Positions 11,601 to 23,924 of a stretch of DNA of 64,000 nt are shown here, piece after piece. Each line of letters begins with the position of its first letter. The stretch's first letter is position 1. The stretch comes from Macrostomum lignano (lineage: Eukaryota), in the NCBI GenBank assembly GCA_002269645.1, contig NIVC01001511.1:62001-126000 (forward strand), written 5' to 3'. Under the pieces are notes generated by a model. It was not told the origin of the DNA. It searched no databases and was given only the letters and a program-made list of their open reading frames with translations. The position numbers and the translations under genes are program-made.

Positions 11601-11832
11601 ACCTGTGGTGGGGTATGAACCTTGGGGGACGCCCTGGTCTCGTTCGGTTGTTCCGTCGGTCGCTCTGCTACTCGCCATCGTTGAGGCGCTCCGCAACCTG
11701 GGCTGGCAGCTCATGCTGACGGTACGCACCAGCGGGCTGTATCCCAAGGGCGAGTACAAAGACCAGAAAGGCGAGACCAGACGGTTCAATCACTGCGATG
11801 TGGACACCATGTTCTTCTACAAGCCGGTATGA
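8097..11832 (+). CDS. Multi-exon gene 2: uncharacterised protein with four diverged ~100-aa repeats and a possible N-myristoylation motif (MGQSNS); one frameshift in the last exon
   Basis: Exons 8097-8606, 8697-9002, 9991-10293 and 11381-11832, all phase 0. In the last exon the frame switches at the G5 run 11624-11628. Adding one G gives [38 protein letters not shown]...DTMFFYKPV*. Each repeat ends in a helix-G[WFY]-strand motif ([46 protein letters not shown]). Confidence 0.8.
8636..8682 (+). repeat. (CTA)n microsatellite in short intron of gene 2
   Basis: Direct reading. Confidence 0.9.
9074..9905 (+). repeat. (TTGG)n microsatellite, about 830 bp, intron of gene 2
   Basis: Direct reading. 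Confidence 0.95.
11290..11365 (-). pseudogene. Degenerate tRNA-Glu(CTC)-like sequence (tRNA pseudogene or SINE head) in an intron
   Basis: The minus strand reads GGATCCGCAGTTCTCTCGCGCCGCGACCCCTGGTTCGATTCC, similar to the 3' two-thirds of a eukaryotic tRNA-Glu(CTC). It does not form a full cloverleaf. Confidence 0.4.
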
Positions 11833-12439
11833 GTCGGCGGAACTGGAGCCACCCTGTTCCGTTAACACTTAAAGAGGGTTTTCAAACACTTTTCAATTTC
11901 GTTGTCTCGATCCTGTCTTATTATTGTCAATATTTTCTCATATTTACCTTTGCCTATCTAATTTATTCATTCGTTTATCTCATTTATGTATCTGTCCATC
12001 TCATTCATGATTCTCTGTCTGATCCGAGAACCTCCCTACCTCACCCCTCCATTCAGACGTTGAGAAGCTCATACCTGTGAGCACATCTGAACCATTCTGA
12101 GCCATTCGCTTACATTATCAATAACTTTTTTAATCAGATGTCTGCCCTGCCCTATAACTTAAAATTGTGTACCTGTGTGCCAGTTGCTTTATCGGAAACA
12201 ATTTTAGTTTTACAGAAAACATTATACAAAATAATCTCATGATTTAACCGGAATAGCTTGTCTGTAGCAACAGAAGTCATTGTAGTCTTGTGAAAACTTT
12301 GTTCGGAATAATATACCTGGCTTGACTGCAAACTCCATTCTGGAACTCAGTTCCTGTCTGCGCGACAAATAAAAAGCCATCTATTGTTTTCGTTTGTGAC
12401 AGTCCGTTTCTGTCTGGTTGTTTCTCGTTTTCCGTTTCT

Positions 12440-12747
<308 letters not shown>

Positions 12748-14734
12748 GCGCTTGTATGCCTGCTCAGGGGAGTTGGCGGGCAGTAATGCCTCTCACCGGT
12801 TGTGCGACAATGTCGCTTAAAGTGCGCAACAATTCCAATCGTATCCAGTTGGCGCCTGAAAAAATCTGGTGATAAAATTCGGACAGCATCAGCCAATTCG
12901 ACCTTCGGTTTCCGGGATCGCCTGAAACCCCCCTCTCCTCCGCAAAGCTGTTGTCGAACACGTGGTTCGCAGATTATAAATTATATGGTCTTCTTCTTTA
13001 AATACCCTCTGCGGCAAGAGCTTGCAGCTCCTTACGGTTTTTTTCTCAACGGTTTGCGAGACTCGTCCCCGGGGCGTTTTTGACCTGTTGTGGAGGTTTT
13101 GCGACCAAAATTTATCCCTTGTAGGAATCTTTGAGTGAAGAAAAGGGGGACACTGAAGGAGAGAGGACGGGGGACAACGGCTCCGGTTTAGTGGGTGGGG
13201 GGCTGCATTGCAGATGGCAAGCTGAAAAGCGGCTTGTGGTTGAAAAGTTGAAAACCAGCCTTCCTGCGGTTCTGCAGCTCCACATCGATCGCTTAAGTGG
13301 TTTGCGATATTCGGCCTTTCTCTGTTCAAAAACTCTGTCTATTTTTATACCTGCCCGCCTTGCCAACCGAAATTTGTGCTCCGCGCAATTAGCAAAGCTG
13401 CTTCTGAGATTTGACAGAGTCTGTTCTGAGCAGCGCATGCATCTTTTACCTTGATCCCCTCGGGACCGACCGACCGTGATTCATAATGATTCAATTAGTC
13501 ACAGCAGAATCCTCTGCCTCCGGTGAGGGAAGTGCGTCCGTCTTAATTCGGCACTAATGGGGATTGAAAATGATGAGGCGTCAGGCGGCAGCGAGGTGAC
13601 GAGAGCGTGATTGAGGAGGACATTCTCAGTTCGACCGTATCAACCTATTAGGCAAAGCGCTTAGGTTTCTTTCAACTCGGTATACGCAAAAATGAGCAGC
13701 CCTTTCCTTCCTCTTCAAAACAGGATCGGCCGCTCGGCCTCATCTTCAACTTCTGTCGAGCGCGCTTGCAGTTTTAGCAGCCACTGGAGATTCGATGCTA
13801 TCTGGGCAGGAAGCGGCCCCAGCCCAGGTGCAATCGCTATTGATCCTCAGGGCCCCCACAGTCTGTTTGCTCAGTTTATTAGACTGATTGCCCGAAGGGA
13901 AGCCCGAAAAGGGGAAACGGCTTGGGTAGTGGAGGCGGGGGTGGAGGACGAGGGGAAACTTTGGAGACGACCTTGCTGGCGACTTCTGTCGATGACTCTA
14001 CCGGCTTTCTCTCTGCCACTCTTTTCTGTCGCTGCTTCCTGGAACTTCTTCTTCGGGAAGAGAACTTATTGGGGCGGCGGTTCGGAAGGAGAGAATGGGG
14101 AGAGTCATCAAGAATTCGTGGTTCCTAGTGAGTGCTCTGGCTTGGGAGTTCGCTGATGGGGCAGAGAGATCGCAAATTACTCACAGTGAGTGCGAGCATG
14201 AGACCAGTGCAGCTGCTTTTCCTTCACCGACAGCCTGGAACCGAAATGTTGAACTAGGATAATTACTCTTAGTAAACTTGCTTTTACCATTTCTCTTTCT
14301 AGCAATAAGTTCGCATTACGTTTTTGTAATAAAAACTGCCTGATTTCAACAGAGAACGCAGACGGCTCACAATACTTCAAGGCCATCATTTTAAAACGAT
14401 AAGTTGATTCTGTTTTGGTGGAGAAAAATCAAACCAGCATTTATTTTCTTTATAGTTTCAATGTATGCATTAGTCCATTGTCTGACGGTTAGTAAAGTTA
14501 GACTAGCCAACTGTCCCCCCCCCCAGTGGGCCCCGTCAGGACTAAAGTTTCGGGCCAGGAATTTTCGGAATATGTGTCATGATTTTACAGTGAATTGAAA
14601 CAAATGACAGACTTCTTTTATCCTGTCACCATCTTTCTCCACCGAACTTTTCTATGGCAAAACCTGATTCACCGCTTCACAAAACAGCAAATCTTTACAA
14701 ATTCCAAAACAGAACAGAAAACAAAACAGAAAAT

Positions 14735-14894
<160 letters not shown>

Positions 14895-14902
14895 ATGCCA
14901 GT

Positions 14903-15058
14903 CACTTGCACTCAAGTGAAACATTTGCACTCAAGTGAAACATTTGCACTCAAGTGAAGCATTTGCACTCCCAAGTGAAACATTTGCACTCAAGTGAAAC
15001 ATTTGCACTCAAGTGAAGCATTTGCACTCCCAAGTGAAACATTTGCACTCAAGTGAAT
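14903..15058 (+). repeat. 8 copies of a 19/21-bp unit CATTTGCACTC(CC)AAGTGAAA
   Basis: Direct reading; units 2-4 are repeated as units 5-7 (59-bp higher-order unit). Confidence 0.9.
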
Positions 15059-17634
15059 AATGGTACTAACTCGTCAGGAATTCCATTTAGCGGTCACAGC
15101 CAACTGAAAATTTGAGCAATTCTTCGCTATTTGGATGGACATTCGGGTAGCCGTTGCAGAAAAAGTTCAGGACAGAGCAAGTTATAGAGACAAGAGACGG
15201 TTACAGGCAGCTGAGTGCTTCTGTGCGGTTCTGGAATTGGAATTTTCTCTTTCGTCTCTGCTGTTACCAGCCGGGGGAACACACATAGGGAATTAGTTGG
15301 CTAGGCCATCGGTCCGGAACGCATGCAGACAGCTACGGACACAATTACTCACTCAATAATCGCTAATTGACGGGCTGAGCGGCTCAGAAAAGTGCATGCT
15401 GCCCGAAAATCTTTTGACGGCTTCTCGAATTTTTTATCTATAGAATTCCGACAAAATGGCCAGATTTTCTCTAGAGCTAAATTGACGCCCAGGTCTCAGG
15501 TGCGATATCAGACCGATCAGAGCGACTCGACTGAGTTTCTGCAGATCAGCTGGATGCACTGAATATACAATAAAAGCACGTGAAAATAAAGATTTACTGA
15601 AAATCTACTGTCAACCTCAGGAAGTGATCAAGTTCTCCCGATCCAGATCTTCCATTTTTTATAAGTTTGCATTCGTTCGTCAGTGTGGGTGGATGCAAGG
15701 CCGGATAGGTTACCGTAAAAGTGCAGACTACACACCGGAGAAAAGTGTTCTTAATTCAATTTTGTGAGTGAGTGAATGCACTTTAGTTGGATACCAAACG
15801 AGACCAATCATTTGTAGTATGTAGGAAATGACAAAATTCTCAGACATTGATGTTACACATTTTATCCGCCAGAACAGCCTGCTGAATTGCCATACTGAAC
15901 AATTAAAGTAATTTCCCTCTCTCTGTATCTCAGTTTGCTCGTCTGGCAAACTTTGTGGGCCCAGCTCAGGCTGAATTCAGCTGACTGATCATGGATCATT
16001 ATGGGGCTCTGGATGCTGGGCTTGCTTGGGTCTCCCCGTCTGTTGCTCCATTACGGGAGCTGCTGCAGGGACGGGCGCTTTGGAGAGGCATGGCCAGTCG
16101 TCACTTATTCATGACAGCAAATGGGAGAGGGGAGACGGGGAGACACGGGGAGAGGCGGGGAGAGAGGAAGAGAAAAGGGTGGAGGCACACAGTGGCATCC
16201 GCGGCGTCACCTTCCTGCTCATTCTGTCATCCTCTCACTATGCATCTAACCGTCTCGCTGAACTGATCATACCACACCGTCCCATGGGTGCATCGTCTTT
16301 TATTTTACTGGCACTTGGCAGGCCCTGGTCGCTCTGGAGAGGATTGCAGTGGGGAGTGCCAGTGAGAGTCAAGACAAACGGTTTTTTGTCCTTAAGTATT
16401 AAATGATTGGAATTTCAGACATAATTTAATAATTAATGTAGAATGTTTAAGACAAATAGAAGTACATTACGTTTAGAAGTACACTAGGCAAGATTATGGC
16501 TACTTGCAAGGGACTTAATACAAACAACCATGCTGGGGGCAGATCGAAGTTGAGGTAGAAAATATGTTATCCACTGATTGGGATTAGCCTCAGCTCGCAA
16601 GTCCGCCAGCTTGAATGCGACTGAAGCCGGTCGCATTGAGAGCTGCTGATGTAGCGAGCATCGTACAGCTTCACGCCTCATCACTTCCCGCCGGCGGAAT
16701 CCCTTGAACTTGGCTTATGACCCATCCCATCCTCCTTGCTGCTTTGCCGCCAGCCTGCGACCTTCTCACTCTGGCTGAGAGACTCCAACCCGCCTCTTCC
16801 CGCTGTGAGAAGTGAAACTCGGCCAGCCCTCCTCGCCCCGGCTTCTTCATCTGCGCGGCGCGGGACTTCATCAGAAATGCTGGCCAACGTCATTACAGAC
16901 CTCCAGCTGCTGTTTGGCATCTCTCATCGAAAACTTGGGAGATGGGGTGGAATTTTTCTGTCAGCTATAGGGTCTCACGAGCCGGCTGAGATGTGCGGCT
17001 TTTCAACCAGGTCTGCTTGCTCCGCAGGCACTCTACCAGCCTGCGAGCTTGAATACATCATTTTCTGTACATCCACAAGTTACGCCTGCATTCGCCACCA
17101 AAAAGACAACAAATGAAATCGATTATATTAGCAGCACAACTGATGAAAATCTTTTATCGGGGAAAACGGAGTTTCAAATAATTATTCTGTCGAGAATGCC
17201 TGTGAATTCAAGTATGGATTGTTGACAAATTCAATTGCTAAAATACCAGGTATAGAGTCCTATAGACGCGATCGACCATTAGGATTAGGTAAAGCAAAAT
17301 CTTCATGACCGACAAAGCAGCTTTAAAGTACTCCGTGTCAGAAAATGCTTATCCCTTAACTATATTTACATGGTAGGTAAAGCCTGCAGACACTGTAAAA
17401 ATAACACCCACAAATACCTAATCTACAGTGCACCGCCTGTGGTAAACTTGAACGGCTGGGAAACAAAGGTTGTTGGATCAGCAACAGCACAGCATCACAA
17501 CAGAAAAAAACTATTAAAGAGGTTCAACCTCGGAACCTAATCGCTCGCATTGAAAACCGTGGCGGTGGTCACTAAAAAGCCGAAGGCCCACGGAAAGACC
17601 GGCACCAAAGCGCAAAGTGACGATGCCAATGGCT

Positions 17635-19797
17635 TCAGACCGTGGACACCATGCCGATCTGTACGGTTCGAGTTTCGGATCTTCTGGTGCTGCCGCAGTC
17701 GCTGAGCGAGTTGCAGGTGAGATTCGATTGGTTTTGCAGTTGATTATGTTGTTGATTAGTCGTTTGTTGCTGTTGCAGCGGCCATTTCTGCTGTTGCGGC
17801 GGCCGTTGCAGCTGTTTTTGCTTCTGTTGTTGTTGCTGCTGACGCTCGGGCTGATGCTGCTGAATCATTGGGTCATGTCTGGATTCGCGACAGTTGACGG
17901 CCAACGGCGCGCAGTTGGAATTGCTGTTCCTGAGCTCGTCGTCGTACTCGGTTGTGGAGTACAGCACCATGTCTGTGCCGTCGTAGATGAGGTTCGCAGC
18001 CTCCTCGTGCAGTTGCAGCATTCCGGCCACGCGTGATATGGAATCCGACGCCGAACCGCCCGATGACATGGCGTGGCCGTTCTGACGGCTCGTTCGACGC
18101 TTTCTAAAGATTGACTCGAGCCCAAGGAAGTCGAGTACGAGGTCGCAGAACTCGAAGACTGTGATTAGCGAAGCTCCGACCCAGAGCCCGACGCAGCCGC
18201 CAACGTCGGTGAGGAACCTGCTCAATGGGTACTCCTCGTCCTCGAGCATCTCGTCGGAGAATAGCGACGAAGGCACAATGCGCAGGTACATGAAATTGCG
18301 CTCGATGAACTCAATGTTGAGCAGCTGGACGAGTTCTTTCTTTAGTACGGTGGTGATATTCAAACTGTCCCGGTTGGTCTCATTTAACAGTAAAGCTTTG
18401 GAGGCCAAATCTGTCACTCCGTACTTCTTCAGCTCCGCCTGCTCCATTTTAGCCAGCAGACGGAGCCAACCAAAGTGAGTCTTTCGCTCGACCACTGCCG
18501 GGTAGTTGGCCTGACTTATCACTGTGGAGTACGATGTGTGCTCGCACATGTCTTTGTAGCAAGTCTGCAGCGGTTTGGCCGCCTCCACCTGGTTGCGCTG
18601 AGCAAACAGGCAGGTGAGGTCGGTGAAATTTGCCTGAAACCAGTCGAAGTCTGCGCAGAACGGGTAGTTGGCGTCGTCGTATTTCAGAGGATACTCGTGG
18701 GTGAGGCAGCCGCAGTGGTTCTTGTAGGCAGTCTGCGAGATATTCTCCACGCAGTCGGTCCGAGTCTCCTTGTAGAAGCGCTGTTCTCCGGTCTCGATGT
18801 CGATATAGTCGTAGGTGTCTCGGTGCGACTCGCACAGGTTCAGCTTTCGCAAGTGCTGCTTCCTGGTCATGTGAAGGTCAACCTGGGCGTACTTGTCCAG
18901 GAGGAAGCTCTCTCCGATCTGCGGATAGGTGTCCTGCTCGTGCAGCATCAGCAGCACGCCGGAAGGAATCGTGATGACTCCGTGCGAGTCCAAATAACGA
19001 TATTCTTCGGGGTACTCGACTCCTTTGTACAGCAAGAGAAAAAGGTCTGGTCTAAAGCCGCTGCTGAATGCCTTCTTGTTGTCGGTGCTGATGGCACTCC
19101 GGCCCAGGCTGGTAATGTTGAGCTGGTAGCAGGCCCCGTAAGGCCAGCGCCTGTGCGTGATCCACTCCTTGGCACACACAGTGGACCGGCCCATGTACTT
19201 GCAGTATTGCACGAACGTGTCGTGTGGGATGCTGTACAGGCTGATATTGCGCTTCATGTACAAGTAGTCAGCTATTTGGATGTTGTTAATCAGCTGGGAC
19301 ATGTACTTTACCTTCCAGCTGTCCGCACCGGACTTGGACTTCTTTCTTGACGCAGCGTCCACCATTCGTTGATAGTACCTGATCTTCTCGTTGTACTCCT
19401 CGATTCGGGCCACCAGCTGCTCGTACTGTCTTGTACCTCTCGGCGGAAAAAATATTGGATTAATGTTGCAGACAGTGATATCAGGAAACTTGAACGACAT
19501 GTGGTCGTGCTTCAAGTTGGTGAGCACGGGCACCTGCATGTACTTGATGGCGATGTGGTACAGGTTAATGAAGAATCCGCAGCTCGCCGCGGTGCAGATG
19601 ATCATCCAGAAAATTCTTCTCCTGGCACTGCGCGCCTGAGCGATGTGGTTCAGGCCGTGAATCGTGGAGCGCTTCGAAAAAGAGAACACCATCGCGCTAA
19701 GCCGCTCGGACGGCGACGCTTCTTGGACGAACAGCGAGCTCGAGTCGCCAAACGCAGACATGCCGAAACGGGCGGCCGACCGGCTTCTGAACGACAT
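17635..19797 (-). CDS. DEG/ENaC/ASIC-family (amiloride-sensitive sodium channel family) subunit, 720 aa, single coding exon
   Basis: Uninterrupted ORF with the pre-TM1 STIHG motif, TM1 (IFWMIICTAASCGFFINL), FPDITVCNINP, a Cys-rich thumb region and TM2 FLTDVGGCVGLWVGASLITVFEF containing the GAS selectivity filter. The C-terminal tail is Gln-rich. Confidence 0.95.
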   Translation of the reverse strand: MSFRSRSAARFGMSAFGDSSSLFVQEASPSERLSAMVFSFSKRSTIHGLNHIAQARSARRRIFWMIICTAASCGFFINLYHIAIKYMQVPVLTNLKHDHMSFKFPDITVCNINPIFFPPRGTRQYEQLVARIEEYNEKIRYYQRMVDAASRKKSKSGADSWKVKYMSQLINNIQIADYLYMKRNISLYSIPHDTFVQYCKYMGRSTVCAKEWITHRRWPYGACYQLNITSLGRSAISTDNKKAFSSGFRPDLFLLLYKGVEYPEEYRYLDSHGVITIPSGVLLMLHEQDTYPQIGESFLLDKYAQVDLHMTRKQHLRKLNLCESHRDTYDYIDIETGEQRFYKETRTDCVENISQTAYKNHCGCLTHEYPLKYDDANYPFCADFDWFQANFTDLTCLFAQRNQVEAAKPLQTCYKDMCEHTSYSTVISQANYPAVVERKTHFGWLRLLAKMEQAELKKYGVTDLASKALLLNETNRDSLNITTVLKKELVQLLNIEFIERNFMYLRIVPSSLFSDEMLEDEEYPLSRFLTDVGGCVGLWVGASLITVFEFCDLVLDFLGLESIFRKRRTSRQNGHAMSSGGSASDSISRVAGMLQLHEEAANLIYDGTDMVLYSTTEYDDELRNSNSNCAPLAVNCRESRHDPMIQQHQPERQQQQQQKQKQLQRPPQQQKWPLQQQQTTNQQHNQLQNQSNLTCNSLSDCGSTRRSETRTVQIGMVSTV

Positions 19798-21705
19798 GTC
19801 GGAGCTAAGAGAGACGAACTTTAGTCAGAAGTTTCGAAGTTGAATAATATCAAAGCGGCCCTGAGGAGTGCCAAGACGCGGCTCTGCATGCAAAGCCCGA
19901 GCACCCGCTGTTCTTCGTCGGTTAGTTCAGCGAGTTTCGCGGCCGCCGATGGGTGAAAGTCCTGGCTTCCAACTCAGGCAGATAGGGGGCAGAAACGGGC
20001 GAGGAAAGGGGAGTAATGGGATCAGCAGGACGAGAACAACCAGGGGGGAGGAAACCTGCTTTCCTCTCAGCCGCGCCGCCGATAGATGGAGAAAAACGAC
20101 CCTCTCCACTGCCGTTACAACTGCAGCTCCGCCCCAGTCCTGTGACTGACAGGCAGGCCTGCAGCAGGCCAATGCCAGGCGCTCTGAGCTGTGCATCCCA
20201 CGCCAACAGCCAATGGGAGACGGCGACAGACCCTGCAGCTCTCGGCCCAGCGTTTCCACAAAATGTCCGAAAAAAATGTCGCACGGGGTCGCGACGTGCG
20301 CGTTGATAATGAGAGTCGCCAGTTGTCAGACCCAATTGCGGAGCCGCGTCCGTGATGCTTGCGGCGATCGAATCCTCTCTGCGAGTGTCTCCCCGCCCTC
20401 CGGCTGTTGCAATGTAGTTTCTGGTTCGCTCGCCCAGTTTCGGATGTCAGCGAGTGTTGGGGTGCTTTTTAAAAAAAAAACAACCAGCTTGCTTCAAATT
20501 CATTACCAAATCTTGCTGCTCCAGTTGTCATGGGCCGTTCTTAGAATTGTCCTCGTATTATTCAGAGCCTGAAATTCACCAAATCGATCCGTTGTTCAAA
20601 TAGCCGACCGAAATTCGCGTTTACCCAGCTCCGTGCAGAGAAGGGCGTCTGACAGCTAGCGAACTCCCAGTAGGAAATGGCCACCCAGTGAACTCTGGGA
20701 AATGGTGGCGAGTCATATTTCGGCCTGGCTTTGGCGGCAGGAGGCTGAGGCCTGTCACCAGTTGCACTTTTAGGATCTGAATGTTTTGAGGAAGATTAAA
20801 GTTGAGTGAAGATTAACTTGTGCAGTTTTCAGCCATATTTAAATCGAAAGATTCGTAGAGACAAGGTGCATTTAAAAGACACCCAATTTAGTGCCAATGG
20901 TGAAACACCCGATTTGACACCAATGGAAAGCGACGCAAAGTTCACACAATGCGTCTACCTTGACTTGTATTAACATGACCCCAGCAAGCGCTAACCGAAA
21001 TTAAAAGCAGACAATTTTTTCCCAGATGAAACTCCTAATCCAAAACTGGAAAAGGGTAGTTTTGCTAAAATTTTACCTTGCCAGAGTAGTGCCTCTTTTA
21101 CCCTTACTTATCCTGCGAGCTGTATTTGCCAAGTGCAGCCGTATCCATCCTGTGTAAATGTGTTATGCTTCATTTCTGTTTGTTCAAACCAGCAGCTTAG
21201 GAGGAAGTTCAGTGCGCAGCCAGTCTCACAATGAGCACCCATTAGCTGGAAAAGCTCACCTAAAAAAATCCCTAAACCTTTTCAAACCAATTCGAGAGCT
21301 GGATTTGGATTCAACGATTCCCGCTATGCTTGGCCTCGACTTGCTCAATCAATTTGCCTGGCTAGAGAAGATTCCAATGCTTTCTGCCTCCCCGAGCGTA
21401 GCTCGTACACGGGGCTTTACCAGATTATCTCAAGCCCCAGAAGCTGGGAATTCAGACGATTTTTTCTAAGAACACAGTGAATCAACTGGCGCGAAAATTC
21501 CTGGGGTCAGAGGGTAGCTCTTAGGGCTCGCAGCTTCTCTGCATTTTGTTTTTTTGATTGAGAGCTTTCTGTTGTACTTTTAAATTTTTTCCTGCTGGTT
21601 GTCTATCCAGGTTTTCCTTCTACTTTTGAATTCTTATTAAATACACTGACGTATACTGGCCAAACAGGCTTCCTGCCTGAGCCAACTTACTACTTACTAC
21701 TACTA

Positions 21706-22324
<619 letters not shown>

Positions 22325-22959
22325 CTCTCTCTAGCCGTATGCATGGTGCTGATGCTAGCAGCTTGTTACGATCCTAAACAAGATTCCCACAGGCTCCGGT
22401 CAGTCGTTAATCCATGGATCGAATTCCCAGGAAATCCACGGCATTAAATTTCAACGGCAAAGCAGTGGAAAACAACAGTGGGGCAGCCTGCAAAAGCAGA
22501 AATCCAAACACCGTTGCTGCACCTCTGCCTCCTTGAGCCAAAATCCCAGTACTGCATCCGCCCCATCTCATCAGGGCCAAACAGACCTAAATAATGAACT
22601 TGAGCTGCACCCAGTCCAGGCTCCCATTGTGGTCAGGCACGCTTCGCCGTTAATTTCGACTCGCCTTTGACTGAACTATTTTTCTGCTGAAGAAAGTCAG
22701 TCAGCAAATGGCTGGATTTCTGCGAACAGCCGCAGGTTCTGGCCGAGACTTCAACTGAAATTTGTTTGTTTTAAACATTCTTTTCCATATTTGCACAGTT
22801 GGAGACTTTGTAGCTCAAATCAAAAATTTTTTTGAGGGAAGAAATTTCACTTGACCTTTGCTGGCCTCTTTGCAAGGACTGCCTGCTCTCCGGCTGTTTG
22901 CTGTGGCTCTCCAGGCGCCTCTTAATCGGCTCTTGCTTCCTCTCTTGTTCCTGCATGCT

Positions 22960-23243
22960 CACCCTGTGTCACATTCTGTCACCCTGTGTCACCCTGTGTC
23001 ACCCTGTGTCACATTCTGTCACCCTGTGTCACCCTGTGTCACCCTGTGTCACATTCTGTCACCCTGTGTCACCCTGTGTCACATTTTGTCACCCTGTGTC
23101 ACCCTGTGTCACATTCTGTCACCCTGTGTCACCCTGTGTCACATTCTGTCACCCTGTGTCACCCTGTGTCACCCTGTGTCACCCTGTGTCACCCTGTGTC
23201 ACCCTGTGTCACCCTGTGTCACCCTGTGTCACCCTGTGTCACC
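22960..23243 (+). repeat. 10-bp (ACCCTGTGTC)n array
   Basis: Direct reading. Confidence 0.9.
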
Positions 23244-23387
23244 ATCTGCCTCCCTGTCACTTTTACTCATCCCACCTTTAATCGTGTTTTACCCTTTCTT
23301 ACCTCACTACTTTTTCTCATACTCCATATCTTCTGTCATGCACCCAACAATCTCAGGTGACGGCTGTCCCGTCTGAAGCCTTTTTGT

Positions 23388-23399
23388 GCCAGGTAAAAT
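23388..23399 (+). repeat. Left target-site duplication of the LINE (GCCAGGTAAAAT)
   Basis: Identical 12-mer at 29311-29322, directly after the LINE 3' tail. Confidence 0.85.
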
Positions 23400-23924
23400 G
23401 TGCCAGGCACGCGAAGGCGTATTCAGCATGCCAGTGAAGTATGAGACAGACTAGGCCCATGGGCTAAGGTCTGCGATGCTTCACGCCTGCCCCTATCTTC
23501 AGCAGGTCAAGGCTGGTGGGAGGTCTGCACCCTCTATTTGCCTCTGGCAGCCGCAGACCCCCCCCCACGCTGTCTCGCAAGTCGACCCAGGGTACTCGTC
23601 CCCGCGTGTGTTCAAGGCAGTCCCTAGGGCTGCTGGACAGACTGGGCTCCGGCGCTGGCGACCCTATCCAGTGGCTTCGGCCGAATTTGGGTATGCGGGT
23701 CTGGCTCGCCAACCTGCAGGCCGTGGTACTGCTCAACGTACTCTCTAATGCCTAAGGTGTTGACCGTGCCGATGGGCTGGAAGGCCGGGGAGTAGTCCGG
23801 TCGCAAGCGGTCCCCCTCCTGGTGTCGGGCCAGCCTTGAGGGTGCTATTGGCCTACTGCCCGGTCAGGTGGAGCGGCCGGGTGGGTACCGCGCCCCTTTG
23901 AGGGTAGCCCACCAACCTTCTATC

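Noticed and set aside
23400-23560. HDV-like ribozyme at the LINE 5' end
   Set aside because: GGGCTAAGG resembles J4/2, but I could not build P1, P3 and P1.1 in the required order. A SECIS-like reading lacks the apical AA spacing.
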